Notes under the pieces: generated by a model
Told to the model about the DNA's origin: nothing
What the model saw: the letters and a program-made list of their open reading frames with translations, nothing else
The model's database searches: none
From: Ramazzottius varieornatus
Taxonomy: Eukaryota > Animalia > Tardigrada
NCBI GenBank assembly: GCA_001949185.1
Contig: BDGG01000008.1
Coordinates: 1,900,761-1,964,760, forward strand
Length of the DNA stretch: 64,000 bases
Direction of reading: 5' to 3'
Shown here: positions 52,752-64,000 of the stretch, in pieces
Layout: every line of letters begins with the position of its first letter
Position numbering within the stretch: position 1 is the stretch's first letter
Position numbers and translations under genes: made by a program

Positions 52752-55700
52752 TCAGTCATCGTCATCCTCTTCTTGAACCACTAAAGTCGTCGGGTTAATT
52801 TTGTTTATTCGTCGTCGACGCGTCCGGTAAATCTACAAGGAAAAGGCCATCGATTCAGAGACGGCTCAACTGAGTAGGTTGAAAAACAATGTTGTACGGT
52901 TTTACGTACTTTTGGCAAGAAGAGCATGATCAGAGTGAGAGTCACCGGGACTTGCCATTCCATAATATACAACAGGTACAGCACATCGGGATCGATCGAC
53001 TGACTGAGGAATATTCTAAAATGAGAAATAGCTCGGTTGGGTCAATTCGAAAAACAGGGAAAAGGACTGAGTATGTCTACCTGATGACCGTCATGAAGTT
53101 TTTCCAGAAGGTCGTGACGTAAATGCCCCAGGCAATGTACCTGGCTTCATTGTAGGGTGTGACGACGTTTCGTCGCTTGAAGCACAGGTACACACCCCAC
53201 AAGAGGAAGAGGAACTCGGCGAGCATGATACCGTAATCCATCCAGTCTTCATGGCAGATGTGGTACTTGAGTTGTGTTCCAGTCTGTACCAGCTGTAGAG
53301 TCAGATTGCTTACGACACTCCAGACGATAAGATCAATGAAGACTGGCAGGACAATTAGAGACAATTTCCACCACACACCGGAACTGGAAACGGATTTTGA
53401 GACTTCCTCGGAGACGTTGATGGAACTGACGGCTTCGACCAAAGATATACTAGAATGTAGCAAACTGATGTTTACTTTGGGCTGCGAACAAGGCATATCG
53501 GAACTGTGAACACCGAACACAATGTATCCACTAAAACTTCCACAAAGTTATTCACCCTATTTACTGAAATCCTTTCCAATTCCAACTCAGTAAATTAACG
53601 TTTGAGAATTTTTTTAAAGGTCTTCTGACTACTGTAATTTTGAGTAACTGGTCCCGTACTTACCGCCATATTTTTAGCAGCAGAGGTCCGTACACGAAAG
53701 CGAACCCAAGATGGAGCAACCATACTCGTGCTGTACAGGTGGTTACGGTCACTTGCAGAAACTCCACGATACCCTGACCAGCACAAAAAAGTCTTTCAGC
53801 ATGGACGTCCGTCACAGTTCAGTAACACAGCTCGACCGAAGACCACAGTATTAACTGACCGATATGTTGATAAGGACACCGCCGAAGCAAATGAGCAACA
53901 GCAGCTTTGGGCCTGCCACTTTGATCACGGTTCGATGTCGGTTCCTGACGGTTACCACCATGGCAAGTACGACAATGACCAGTCCACCGATAACCAGGCT
54001 AAGGAGAATCGAACGGAAGATCCAGTTGAGCACGGCAAGGCAAGGCGTGTCGTCCGTGCAGTCATCGCAGCCTTCCGCACAGGGAAGACAGTCAAAGTCG
54101 GTGGCATACCATTTGGAACCGTTACCGCTGATGTATTCGGCATAAGCCACTTCGACGTTGAAACCTGTGAAGGCCGGGACTTCAGCCGATCGGTTGGGGA
54201 AATAGAAACCACGGGAACAGTAGCAGTAGTACGTGCCACGCTTGAATCCGAAACCGGCCCTCGTAACACACTACAAACAGAAGTTCAAAGACTTGGTTTT
54301 CAGTGCATCATGATGGCAGTCCAATGAAGCTCAAAGGCCGTGGCCCCGTCTTTGCATACCGTGGTGGTTGGTCGGCAGTGATGGGTTCCTTGAAAGACGT
54401 TGATGGTTTTTGTCGTGGTGCTATCAGGGTCGCACTGGTTAATGTCGAGAATGCTAAGCGCCAGATCTACTGTCGCCACGCCTCCGAGGAAAAACCGACG
54501 GTGAAATCGTCAAAGTTGAACCAAGTCCACTTGAATGAGCTTAAACTGTTGCAAAGATAGCGTACCCGAACTTCAATGTGCCATTTTCAATGCACATGAT
54601 GGGGCTATTGAAGGTGATCATCCAGATGTTGCCACCGCCGCAGTCAAAGTAGGGTCGTGTCCAGAAACCGTCTTCATATTCCATCCGTAGATCAACGAAG
54701 TACGTGGTCGGCAGGTGGACCTTTTCATCAGGTGCGTTATACACTTGGCTGAAAACGACTCAATTGGTCGGATGTCGCTGTTAATGATATGGACAGCAGC
54801 ATTATAGCTAGGTATACCTCAACCGCAAGCTGACGTTGTTGTTCAAGAATATGGGAGCATCTGCAACAGACACGGAAATACTCAGAGGCGTGATTAGCTA
54901 TTCAAAGCCGTAGAAAGTCTCCACCGAATCACCATGAACATCGTCACGGATGAAAATTTCATTTCCTGCCTGTTACATCACAGAAGAAGTAAGGTTTTGC
55001 CAAATACTTCTGGATTTAATTTGGTGAAAAGCTTTGAAACATTGTTTCGACCGGTGGAGACTTTCGGAAAGCACATAATGGGGATCGAGTGAGGTGTGAA
55101 GCTACTATGATCTACTAGTGACTCCTCTGAACTTTGCGCGGAGGGGACACTTCGGTGCAGTGAGCCCAGAGTCTTGAGGAATTTTTGCTTGCAGCCGTCA
55201 TACCACTCCGAAGGGAAGTAATTATATTCGACGCTGATGTCGTGGGACTTGATGGTGTTGTTGTAGGTGTTGTAACTATACGCGCAGAATTTGCTCATAT
55301 TGTGGTACAATCCCGGCTCAAAGGCAATGGCGGAACCGAACGTGAGCTTCTCAATCTCGATGGTGGTCCGCGTCATGGCAAATATCATCTCATCAGTCAT
55401 GTTCCACAGAACGTGGTTATTCTTGGTCAGCCAGTGAGAAAGGATGTTGGAGAGACGAACTACCACGTTGGCTTGTTCTTTCCAGTCCGACGTGTCGAAG
55501 ATGATCTAACAGCACGACAGGCAGTAACAAGATGAGAGAGCGTCATACATGAATTTCTATCTTATCAACAAAAGTACACGCGCCCGGCCTAAGTCTTGGC
55601 ATGGACAAAAGTCTTGACAAGTGGTTTCCGAAACAGCGGCTCCGCCAGCTGTGTTCGCTTACGCTTGAAACAGAACCGGCTTTCGCCACACACTTGTGGC

Positions 55701-56273
55701 TCTACAGAGAGCCGGACGTTTTACAAAACTGATGGAAACCTGATCTGTTCTCTATTTGCAACAATCTATTAACGCCTTTTCGATAGTCGAGGTAGAAAAT
55801 GGAACTATGTTCCTCTGAGCTCAAGACTACAAAACGATTCTCAAAGTGCGAAATTCTGACTTTCACGACGTCACACGACCAGTTTCTGTCCCGATACAAC
55901 ATTCTTTGTGTCAAAATGCCGCCGGGCCGTGCTGCCAAGACTTTTGTCCATGCCAAGACTTAGGCCAGGCGCGTGTACAGAACTAGCTACGCTTACGTTG
56001 AGGTACTCGCTTGCACCTCCGTTGCAGGTCGCTTGAGTGACACTTTCCACATACTGCAAAGCCAATGTTGCGGGATCTGGTTTAACTGAAAGAAAACAAA
56101 CAGCGTACTCGTATCCCGTTGAATGCGGCACATTTTTCATTGCGGGTTCATAACAGTTTTTACAAGTGTACAGTACCCGTGGAGGCACAGTAAGCTGCTT
56201 GGGTCAACGCAGCCAAACACACAGTTATCAACTGGAGCAAAAACCGGGCGGTGACGATCGTTCTCGACTTCAT
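52752..56273 (-). CDS. GPR158/GPR179-like class C GPCR, paralog B
   Basis: Signal MKSRTIVTARFLLQLITVCLAAL, same motifs and exon layout as paralog A (FWTRPYFDCGGGNIW, CLPCAEGCDDC, YNEAR); ends ...QEEDDDD*. Confidence 0.85.
55577..55975. mobile_element. Tc1/mariner-type MITE in a paralog B intron
   Basis: ~40-bp TIR CACGCGCCCGGCCTAAGTCTTGGCATGGACAAAAGTCTTG with TA on both sides. Confidence 0.88.
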
Positions 56274-56925
56274 CCGCCTTGACGTTATTCTCAAAGTCGG
56301 CGAGCTGTTTCCGACGACGGTCTGCTCGAGTGAGACTCAGATTCAAGATAATCTTTTCATTAAAATATTGAAGGGCGGAGGGGGTGTTACAGTTGATCTG
56401 ACGAATTCCACATAGCCGACTTACACCACCGTTGGGTTCTGCAGATGATGGATCTTCCAAAGCAGTCACATTTTGGCAAAAGCTTCACTGATCACCAGGT
56501 ACCGAGGTGTTAGGTGTGGAGACGTCCGAGCGAAGGGATGCACTGCGACGTGAGGGAAAGTGGTTATCGTTTTGTACACGCTCAGTCAATCTTTCTGTTT
56601 GGAAGAGGAAACGATCGGTGTTGCCAAGTCCATCTCGTGGAAGCAGCGCTACCCGCGAAGTCTTGGTTCAAAAGCTGACAGTAGCACAGACACCGCAAAT
56701 TCCGTGGAGGAAAGGAAATATTGATATCAATGCATGAGTTTATTCAAAACTTCCGAATCTTTCCACCACAGTACGGGCACCTTGTAGGCGAAATTGGATC
56801 TACAAAAACCGGAGAATAAAGTTCAAAAAAAACCACCCGGCCCCAAAAACCTTAGAATAAGTTACGGATAAGATTTTGAAATTAACTCCTTCCTCATTTG
56901 AACGATTCTGGTATGAAATTTGCAT

Positions 56926-59374
56926 TTACCGGCGTTCGCGGTATCTACCGAAAATGTCTTTGAGACCAGTTTGAGGGTTGTCTGACGTCCAAGGACGGTC
57001 CGTAGGTGCATACTCCACGAGAGGAAGATCATAAGGCAACATGATCGCTAGCTGGTTCGACTCAACAGCCTCGGACATTGTGTCGAAGTCCTCGGCGATC
57101 TTGAAAGACGCGGCGTTGGAAGAGAACATGCTCGGAAGGAACAGGACACCCAACTCGTACGAGCGGATCATCAACTGAGAGCTGTTCTTCTCATATGCTC
57201 CCCAGGCAGCCTTCGACATATTGGCACTGAAACAAACTTCCAACTTTCCTCTATTCTCACGAAAATGCTCACCGATTTTCTTACCTGGTCATAGCCAACC
57301 ACGCGCATTCCGAAAGATCTGGTCTGATTCGGGCGTAGGTCTTGATGTGTGGCATAGCGGAAGTCCGACCTTTGCCATCTGACTTCCACACACTGTCATG
57401 TAAAGCAAACGTAGAAAACTCCTGGGTGAGAAAGCGGGAAGGAAAAGAGTTAATGTGAACGGGCGAAAACTTACTGAAAAAGTTTGTAAAGGTACGGTTG
57501 TTTTTGGTAATTCGCTTCGGAATGTGGTAAGGACCCTCCACCGTTCCAGCCTTCCGAGCTCATCCTCACATTCTCGACAGAAGGGAAAATCTACAATGAC
57601 AAAATCCACACCATTTGAAATTTCTCTCGGCAGGCAAGAGAATGAGTCAAAACCCAGCCTGGAAACGGATGCTTGACTTACGAGGTTGAGAGGTGGGCGA
57701 CGAGTCATCGGGGCAGCAGGCATGCTCAAGCTTTCCAGGAATTCTCCCGTCAACCAGTTCGCACTGGTAGGTCCAATCGACCCTATACTGGAAAACTGCC
57801 CGATCAATGGCCATTCAGGCGTTACTTTCTTGGCTGAAAGTGCTGCGTGTTCTTGGAGGATAGTTCGAAGACGCAGATGACCGTAGCGAGTCTTGTCAGG
57901 GCCCATATGACGACCCGGAACGGATGGGATGAGGAACACCCTAGAGAAACATCATAGCAAATTACCAGAATTGATCTTCGCAAAGAAGAACTCACTTGAC
58001 ACTTGACATGTCGTATTTGTTCAAAGCATCCGCCACGGCGTTTAGCTTGGCGTTGTGATAGCACTTGAGATAGTGAACGAGACTGTTTTGGAAACCGGTG
58101 ATCGAGTCGGCCGAAGTGCCTTTCGGTAAAAGCGGACTAATCCACATCCTAAACGAACAGATCAGTTTGGAAGTTTCGCCGTTCGATTGGTGAATAGACA
58201 AAGAAGAACATTACCCTTGAGTTTTGTTGTGCCAGTCTCCAGCCAGTAAGTTCGACGTATGAATAACAACGCGCATTCCAACGTCGTAAGACAGGAGCAT
58301 CATTTTGGTATGATGTGTCCCGTAGGCTATGGGGAGGTCGGCCTGTGAGAATAGGAAGACTTAAAAGCCGTTCCAGCATCCAGTTCAGCTTTGCCTGACG
58401 AGCCATGGGGATACTTACGTAGACCAGAGTGATGTTAGGAAAGAGCGACGCTTCTTGTCGCAGTGCTTGTCCGTCTGCTGAGGAGGCTTTGTCCCCGTGG
58501 ACGATCATCAGCGGCTTGGAACGGAACTCTTCGGGATACTGGTCAACAATCCACGGAATGTCGAAGCAATAGTTGAACTGTAAAAATGTTATTACAACCG
58601 CAGAAAAGAGCGAAAAACGGGCACGGCGTAAAGCCAGTTCGTTCTCTACGTCATGCTTCTAACACAACGGGACTGCATTATTCCGGTCACCCACCAATGT
58701 AACGCGTGACGCCACGTAACAAAAATTAAATCAGTTCGGTATGGTGATGGGAGTTCTTTTCTTACCTGAACGGAGCTCTGCAAATTTCCCATTTCTGGAG
58801 CAAGCAGCACTAAAAACATCAAAAAACCCGATGAAACAAAGCTGGGATGTCCAGAACCATCTCGGAATTTTTCGTCTTACTTTTCATCGAGCGCGTCCAT
58901 CGTCGATCATTGTAATTTGGATCCAAACCTTTCGTTCGCGTGAAATACGTCCCGAGTGGGTTTAGCATCTCCATACTCTCGGTTTTTCCATCGAAGTTTG
59001 GCCGAGGAAGATCAGTGGCTGCTGCCGACGTGCTTGGAAGCTCCTCCGATTTCCTGAAGGATTTTCTTGTGCGCTTCGCAGGAGGCTCGGTTGTTTCTTT
59101 CTCATCGTCCACAGCTACCACATCATCTGCAGTACGCTTCGGTGCCTCGTCGTCCTCGGCCACGCCAGATTGGACTTCTGCTGCCCGTTCATGCCCAGCT
59201 GCAACAGCACCACGTTCCCAAGGTATTCAGACCCGAACTGGTTGAGTAAAGAGGTCTACCTGGATGTGAATACTCCCGAAAATGCTGCACGTTTCGGCGG
59301 TAACATTTTGGTCCATAGGGACATCGGGGCAACGACAAATCTCCTGAGGCATCTACAACATGGATGTCAGCCAT
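56926..59374 (-). CDS. TDP1: Tyrosyl-DNA phosphodiesterase 1 with N-terminal PBZ finger
   Basis: [20 protein letters not shown] (PBZ), [47 protein letters not shown]. Confidence 0.95.
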
Positions 59375-59730
59375 CTTTTGCCACACTTCGACGCAAAGAT
59401 TGTAAAACTGAAAACTTTCGCGGCAAGATGAGAAGATGAATGCCATTCAATTGAATAGGGACTGTGCGCAAAATCAATCAACCGATCACATTTCGAACTC
59501 TAACATTATCTCTCACATTTGACCGAATCAACTCCGCCCTAAATCGACCTTTGTTGTGGATTTCGTGACGGAAACGTGAGCATCTTGCTTTTCCCGTGCG
59601 CAACTGTGAGATGACTGTGAGATGACATTTCGTCATCTCACAGTTCGGATTTTCCGTTTTCTGATTAGTAACTGATCTTCTGCTAGCCTTTGCCACCCGC
59701 CAACATCCAGACTCTGCAGAACTTCCATTC

Positions 59731-60041
59731 ATGAAAGCAAGCGGACTCGCCCCGACCGCTACCAAGATGGTTACCGGAAAGACGACGGCGGAAGAATGGG
59801 ACGATAGCTCGTCGGTTGTCAGCTCAGCTGACACGAACGTTTCGCTTCCGCGGGTTCATCACCGCATTGACAGTCGGGACAACCGTAAGTATCGCTTTCT
59901 TTTATTTCGATCTTCCTGCTATTCAAGGTGGAAACCATGCTTGTTGAAATAGATGTGGAACATTCGTTAAACGGAGAACAGAATGCGCCGGAAGTCCGCA
60001 CTGGAAACTTTGATAACCAAGATATCGTCAGCATTTGTTAG
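59731..60041 (+). CDS. Putative small two-exon hypothetical protein divergent from TDP1
   Basis: ATG at 59731, strong donor GTAAGT at 59885, acceptor at 59952, in-frame second exon to TAG; no recognisable domain. Confidence 0.3.
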
Positions 60042-60183
60042 CAGTATCAGAGACGTCTAGCATGTATATTTGGTCGATCACAGAACATGTCGAAGGCAAC
60101 AGCCCATCCACCTCCGCGCCGGAATACCGCGTTCCTGCTCAGAATGCTAATCAAAGTAAGCGGTCGCTCTGCGGGCTTGACTG

Positions 60184-62100
60184 CTAATCGCAGAACCTTA
60201 ATAGCAGGGTCGTAATAGTTTGACATGAAATCTGGCGATCTTCTGCACGTTCTTTAACTTCGGTCCGTCTGATTTCCTTCTCGATTTCCAGCTGTGTTTC
60301 TTTAAGCTCCTGTTCTTTCGCGAACTTCTCTTTCTGCCATCCGCGATCGTTCTTGCGCTCTTCCATATCGAACTGTCTTTCGATTTTGTCCAAGTCAGGC
60401 ATGGCCTCGATTTGGCTGGCAGCGGTGGTGTACGTTTGCAAGAGATCTGCGGCGCGAATTCGGCGAGTGGTTCTCGAAGGAAGGGCTGACGAACCAGCGT
60501 CATTAACTTTGATAAACAACTTGCCGGAAACAGGGCAGCACACTAAGGGCTGCGCCGGAAGTTCGCGCTCGAGACAAAGGCTTGAAAGGACTAGGAAGTT
60601 TTGTCTCGATCTTGCTGTATCATGAGAACGTTTCTGCGCGGATCAATCGTTTCCAACGGATCGCAGTAAATCGAATTTCGTTCAGAAGCACAGATTATCC
60701 CTTAGTTGAGGTGAAAACTGTTTCAATCAAAATATTTTACAAAGTGAATTTCGCTGGTCGACCTTCGGGAAACTGTTGTTCTTCTGCCGTTCCGTCTTTC
60801 GCCAGAGCTCTCCGATACTTTGTGGCTATCGCAGCTTTTTTGGCTGCTTTGCTGGTCTCTAACAGACATAGCTCTGTTTCATCCGTTGCAGATATGTCCT
60901 TTATCTCACTTTCGGAAAGGGTTACCTGTGGCTTCTGGTAAGAACTTGGCCTTTCGTCTGACGGGCTGAGATAAATCTTCTACTGAAAGAAGACAGAACG
61001 GTTAAGCGCGGACGACTGTCGCAGGGTTGTTGACTTGTCGTAAAAGAGTCTTACCCAACTTAGGTCGAACATCCTGAGCGTGTTCTTCGGCTCCATCTGA
61101 GGTATCTTTGTCGCCGACAGAACACAGTGGCGCTATAGCCTTTTTGCCTGTGCTAATCCCACGAATCAGACTTTCGTCTCTGTTTACTGCGCCGGGGCTT
61201 CTTTGGTCGGCCTTAGGTACAGCCGAAGGCTGATTAGCCTTTTTCTCCGCAAAGAACTGGATCACTTGGTTGACTATATTGACAGGATCCTTCTTATCGC
61301 CAGATTCTCGTGGGCGCTGTGAATGCTTCTCCTTGAATTCTTGCACGTTTCGCTCAGCAAGAACCCGAAGCTACGCAAAGCATCGGCGTCCTTCTTCTTC
61401 TGTGCCTTGATTTCTTCCTCCGTTTTTGGCATGAGTTCTAGTTCTGTAGGCTGATTAGTGTTTCTTCAGGAATGGCGTAGAGCAACCTTGCACGCGAGAG
61501 TACACGCTTTTCCGGGAAGATACTGAAAGGGATTGATATCATCCACGGCCAGCAGTCTATCATACGTTTCCTCTTCGCGGGTTAACTTCAGACGAAGCGC
61601 AGTAGTGTCGCTGTCCATTTCTTTCCTTGACCGTTTTTGCGGCTTCGGAATCTCTGTCACGTCGCTGTCGAACTGCGTCCGAAGTCCATGGTTTGAAATC
61701 GCGTAATCTTTTGCTGGTGTTGATCTCTCCCTGTTAACTAGAGCAGCTGAAGACGACGCTGATGTGGGAGAAACTGATAGTGCGTCATGCACTTGCGCCG
61801 GACGTCCGCGCGTTACAGACGGCCTGCTGCTAGTACCGGATCCTTTTGGCTGATTGCCCGGGAGAGTCATAGATAATTGTCCAGGTGAAGAGAGCAGCGT
61901 TACTGCTGGAGTGCTGGGTGTAATTTCGGAGCTGACGACATCGGATAAGTCTGCATCAGCCGACCCACGGGACGAAAATTTGGCAGAATCAACACAATCA
62001 GTCATAAGATCCATTCTATAACGACTGAATTTTCGTCACTCTGGCCTCCCGCAGTTTCTTCCAGGAACAGAATGATGACTAGGCTTTTGGCTCAGACTGG
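60184..62100 (-). pseudogene. Fragmented low-complexity/coiled-coil ORFs, possibly a Harbinger-associated Myb/SANT-like protein remnant
   Basis: Colinear minus-strand ORFs 61466-62014, 61002-61346 and 60184-60543 with LLAVDDINPFQY, LLRQV and an E/K-rich coil; family assignment is tentative. Confidence 0.35.
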
Positions 62101-62832
62101 GGAAGAGACTCTCTTGTTTCCACCTGTGTTGTTAGTTTGCGGATCAGAGACGGCAGAGTGGAATGATCCCCTTGTGAGGAAGATCTGCTGGCCGGCTGAT
62201 GTTTGCCCATTCTAATGCTGGGAAACGCACCGAGACTATCAAGAACCTCTGTGAGAAAGCCAGTGCTGCGGTTTTGGCTGAGATCGTTGGATTTTTCCTC
62301 CCGAGCTCTTAATTAGTTTTTGCAGTGTCTTTAGCGATATATGTGACTTGGGACCCTGTGGGTGGCTTTGTACAGTACTTACTGCGTGCAACGGTATTGC
62401 GAGGAAAAAGCTGACTTGTTTGTTTGCCTTATAATGCATTGCAGTTTTTTCGTCATTATCACACTGTGTACGTTAAAGACGCATGTTTTTGTGATACCGG
62501 TAGATCGGTCCTGGCGTCTTTCCGTTCAAACCGTAGCCACTCTGGTCGAACTTTTCAAGTAAAGTGTACCCAGGTATTCATGTCATCTGACACCTGCAAC
62601 GTCCAATTGTTTCGCCGAGTTCGCATTTTTTGGAGAACAATCCGATATGTACGACGTTGCCGTTCTCCTGAATAACATACCCTTGACTTTTAAAAATGAC
62701 GCCTCCAAAGTAAAAAATCTTAAGAGTCACTCGATCGCGCATTAGATAAGGCCGAAGAACCGTTCCAAGTTCAGCTTGCAGCACCTACAAAAGAAACGGC
62801 TGTTCAGATCAAATGTTTGGATCAGCATCAAT

Positions 62833-63549
62833 ATGTTGAAGTTGTGGTGCTTGCCACTGGTCCTATGCGGTTCCTGGTGCGCGGTCTCGGCTGTTCCGAT
62901 GCAGCTGAGCCATTTCATGACGCTCAGTTTCGGGGCCGCCAGAGGGTTTGCTCGTTGGGGACTCAACTCTACACACGTGGAAATCGAGCTGACGTTTCCT
63001 ACGACGGGATGGATGGCCTTTGGTCTGTCTCCTGATGGTGGAATGGATGACTCGGACGTTCTCTTCGGATACGTGGATGACACCAGCAGGGAAGCTGTCA
63101 TTCAGGTAAGAGCGGTACCCGTACTGTACACGAAGTGTAGTACCATCTAGTAATTCGATCTGCCGTCCACAGGACAGATATCTTGAGCAAGATCCGGCCA
63201 CATACCGTGTGAACTTCCAACTGGATGATCAGCAAGACTGGAAGCTAGTTTACGGGATGCAAAACAACACGCATACGATTATGCGCGCTGCTAGAAAACT
63301 TCAAACATGCGACAAACAGGACCATCCCTTCACCGTAAGTTCAACTAACTCTGGTCTTTCTCGGAGGTGAAAGGGGTACTCAGTTATTGTTTATTTCAGA
63401 GGGACGGTCAGAACGTGATCTTCGCGCTGCACCCAAGGGATCCGGCTGGCAAGACGGGTCCCATCATAAAACACAGTGCAAGAGGAAACAGCATAATTGA
63501 CTTCGGCGAAGCACTGCCGGCCATTAATGCAGCGAAATTTCATTGCTGA
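62833..63549 (+). CDS. Secreted stand-alone DOMON-domain protein (DBH/MOXD1-type DOMON)
   Basis: Exons 62833-63105, ~63173-63333 and ~63400-63549. Signal peptide, GWMAFGLSPDGGMDDSD, QDRY, DDQQDW, RKLQTCDKQD, KHSARG. Confidence 0.88.
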
Positions 63550-63650
63550 AGTTTAGAGACAACTTTTCGTCTTGTGAAGTTCTCTTCTTGTTCGGGATGA
63601 GCTTCTACAGTATATAAAACAAACCCAGACAAGGAAGACTGTCTAACTTA

Positions 63651-63935
63651 GGCTGCGTTTCGCAAGTTAACCCTAGTTGATAACCCGAAACGTGATTGCT
63701 GACGTAACGGCTAAGAACGAACATTAGAAAGATGCTTGAAAAAGACGAGCTTGGACAATCAAATTACACTGTGATTTACACGTGCTTGATTGAATCGGGT
63801 TAACCGTTAACTAGCATAAAAAGGTTTTTTATGCTAGTTAACCGTCAATTCAGCACCTACCCCGTTCGTAACGCCGCCAGTCACGTGTGCAAAAGCTGGT
63901 TGTTAACTAGGATTTTTGACTTACGAAACCCAGCC
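63651..63935. mobile_element. PIF/Harbinger (Tourist-like) MITE
   Basis: TIR GGCTGCGTTTCGCAAG / CTTACGAAACCCAGCC, 3-bp TTA TSD, internal GTTAACTAG repeats and a hairpin at ~63806-63842. Confidence 0.85.
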
Positions 63936-64000
63936 TTAGTTATGTTATGCTCGTCAAACTGACTCAATCGGTACTTGCACGCATTGGAAACGAGACCTGC

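Overview
Eukaryotic (animal) genomic DNA, compact and intron-rich with short GT-AG introns and moderate GC. A tardigrade-like origin is an inference from the style of the ANF-receptor gene and the genome compactness, not a proven assignment. The left ~24 kb is transposon-dominated. It holds a near-intact spliced hAT transposase, a decayed Ngaro/DIRS tyrosine-recombinase retrotransposon, a cyclase-less ANF/natriuretic-peptide-type receptor gene whose 7.7-kb first intron is packed with nested TIR elements, and a MITE-riddled ABCC/MRP pseudogene. The right ~40 kb is gene-dense: PKA catalytic paralog, B9D2, FARS2, IscU, a CUB-CUB-LDLa-trypsin protease, DBR1, a GPR155/LYCHOS-like gene apparently lacking DEP, an aminergic GPCR, two tandem GPR158-like Cache-domain class C GPCRs, a PBZ-TDP1 and a stand-alone DOMON protein. 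The most unusual unexplained signal is a dispersed ~53-bp palindromic element (CCCAAGTGGCGCAC...GTGCGCCACTTGGG) seen six times in introns and intergenic gaps. Exon boundaries and protein identities were derived by eye and from remembered family motifs, not from database searches.
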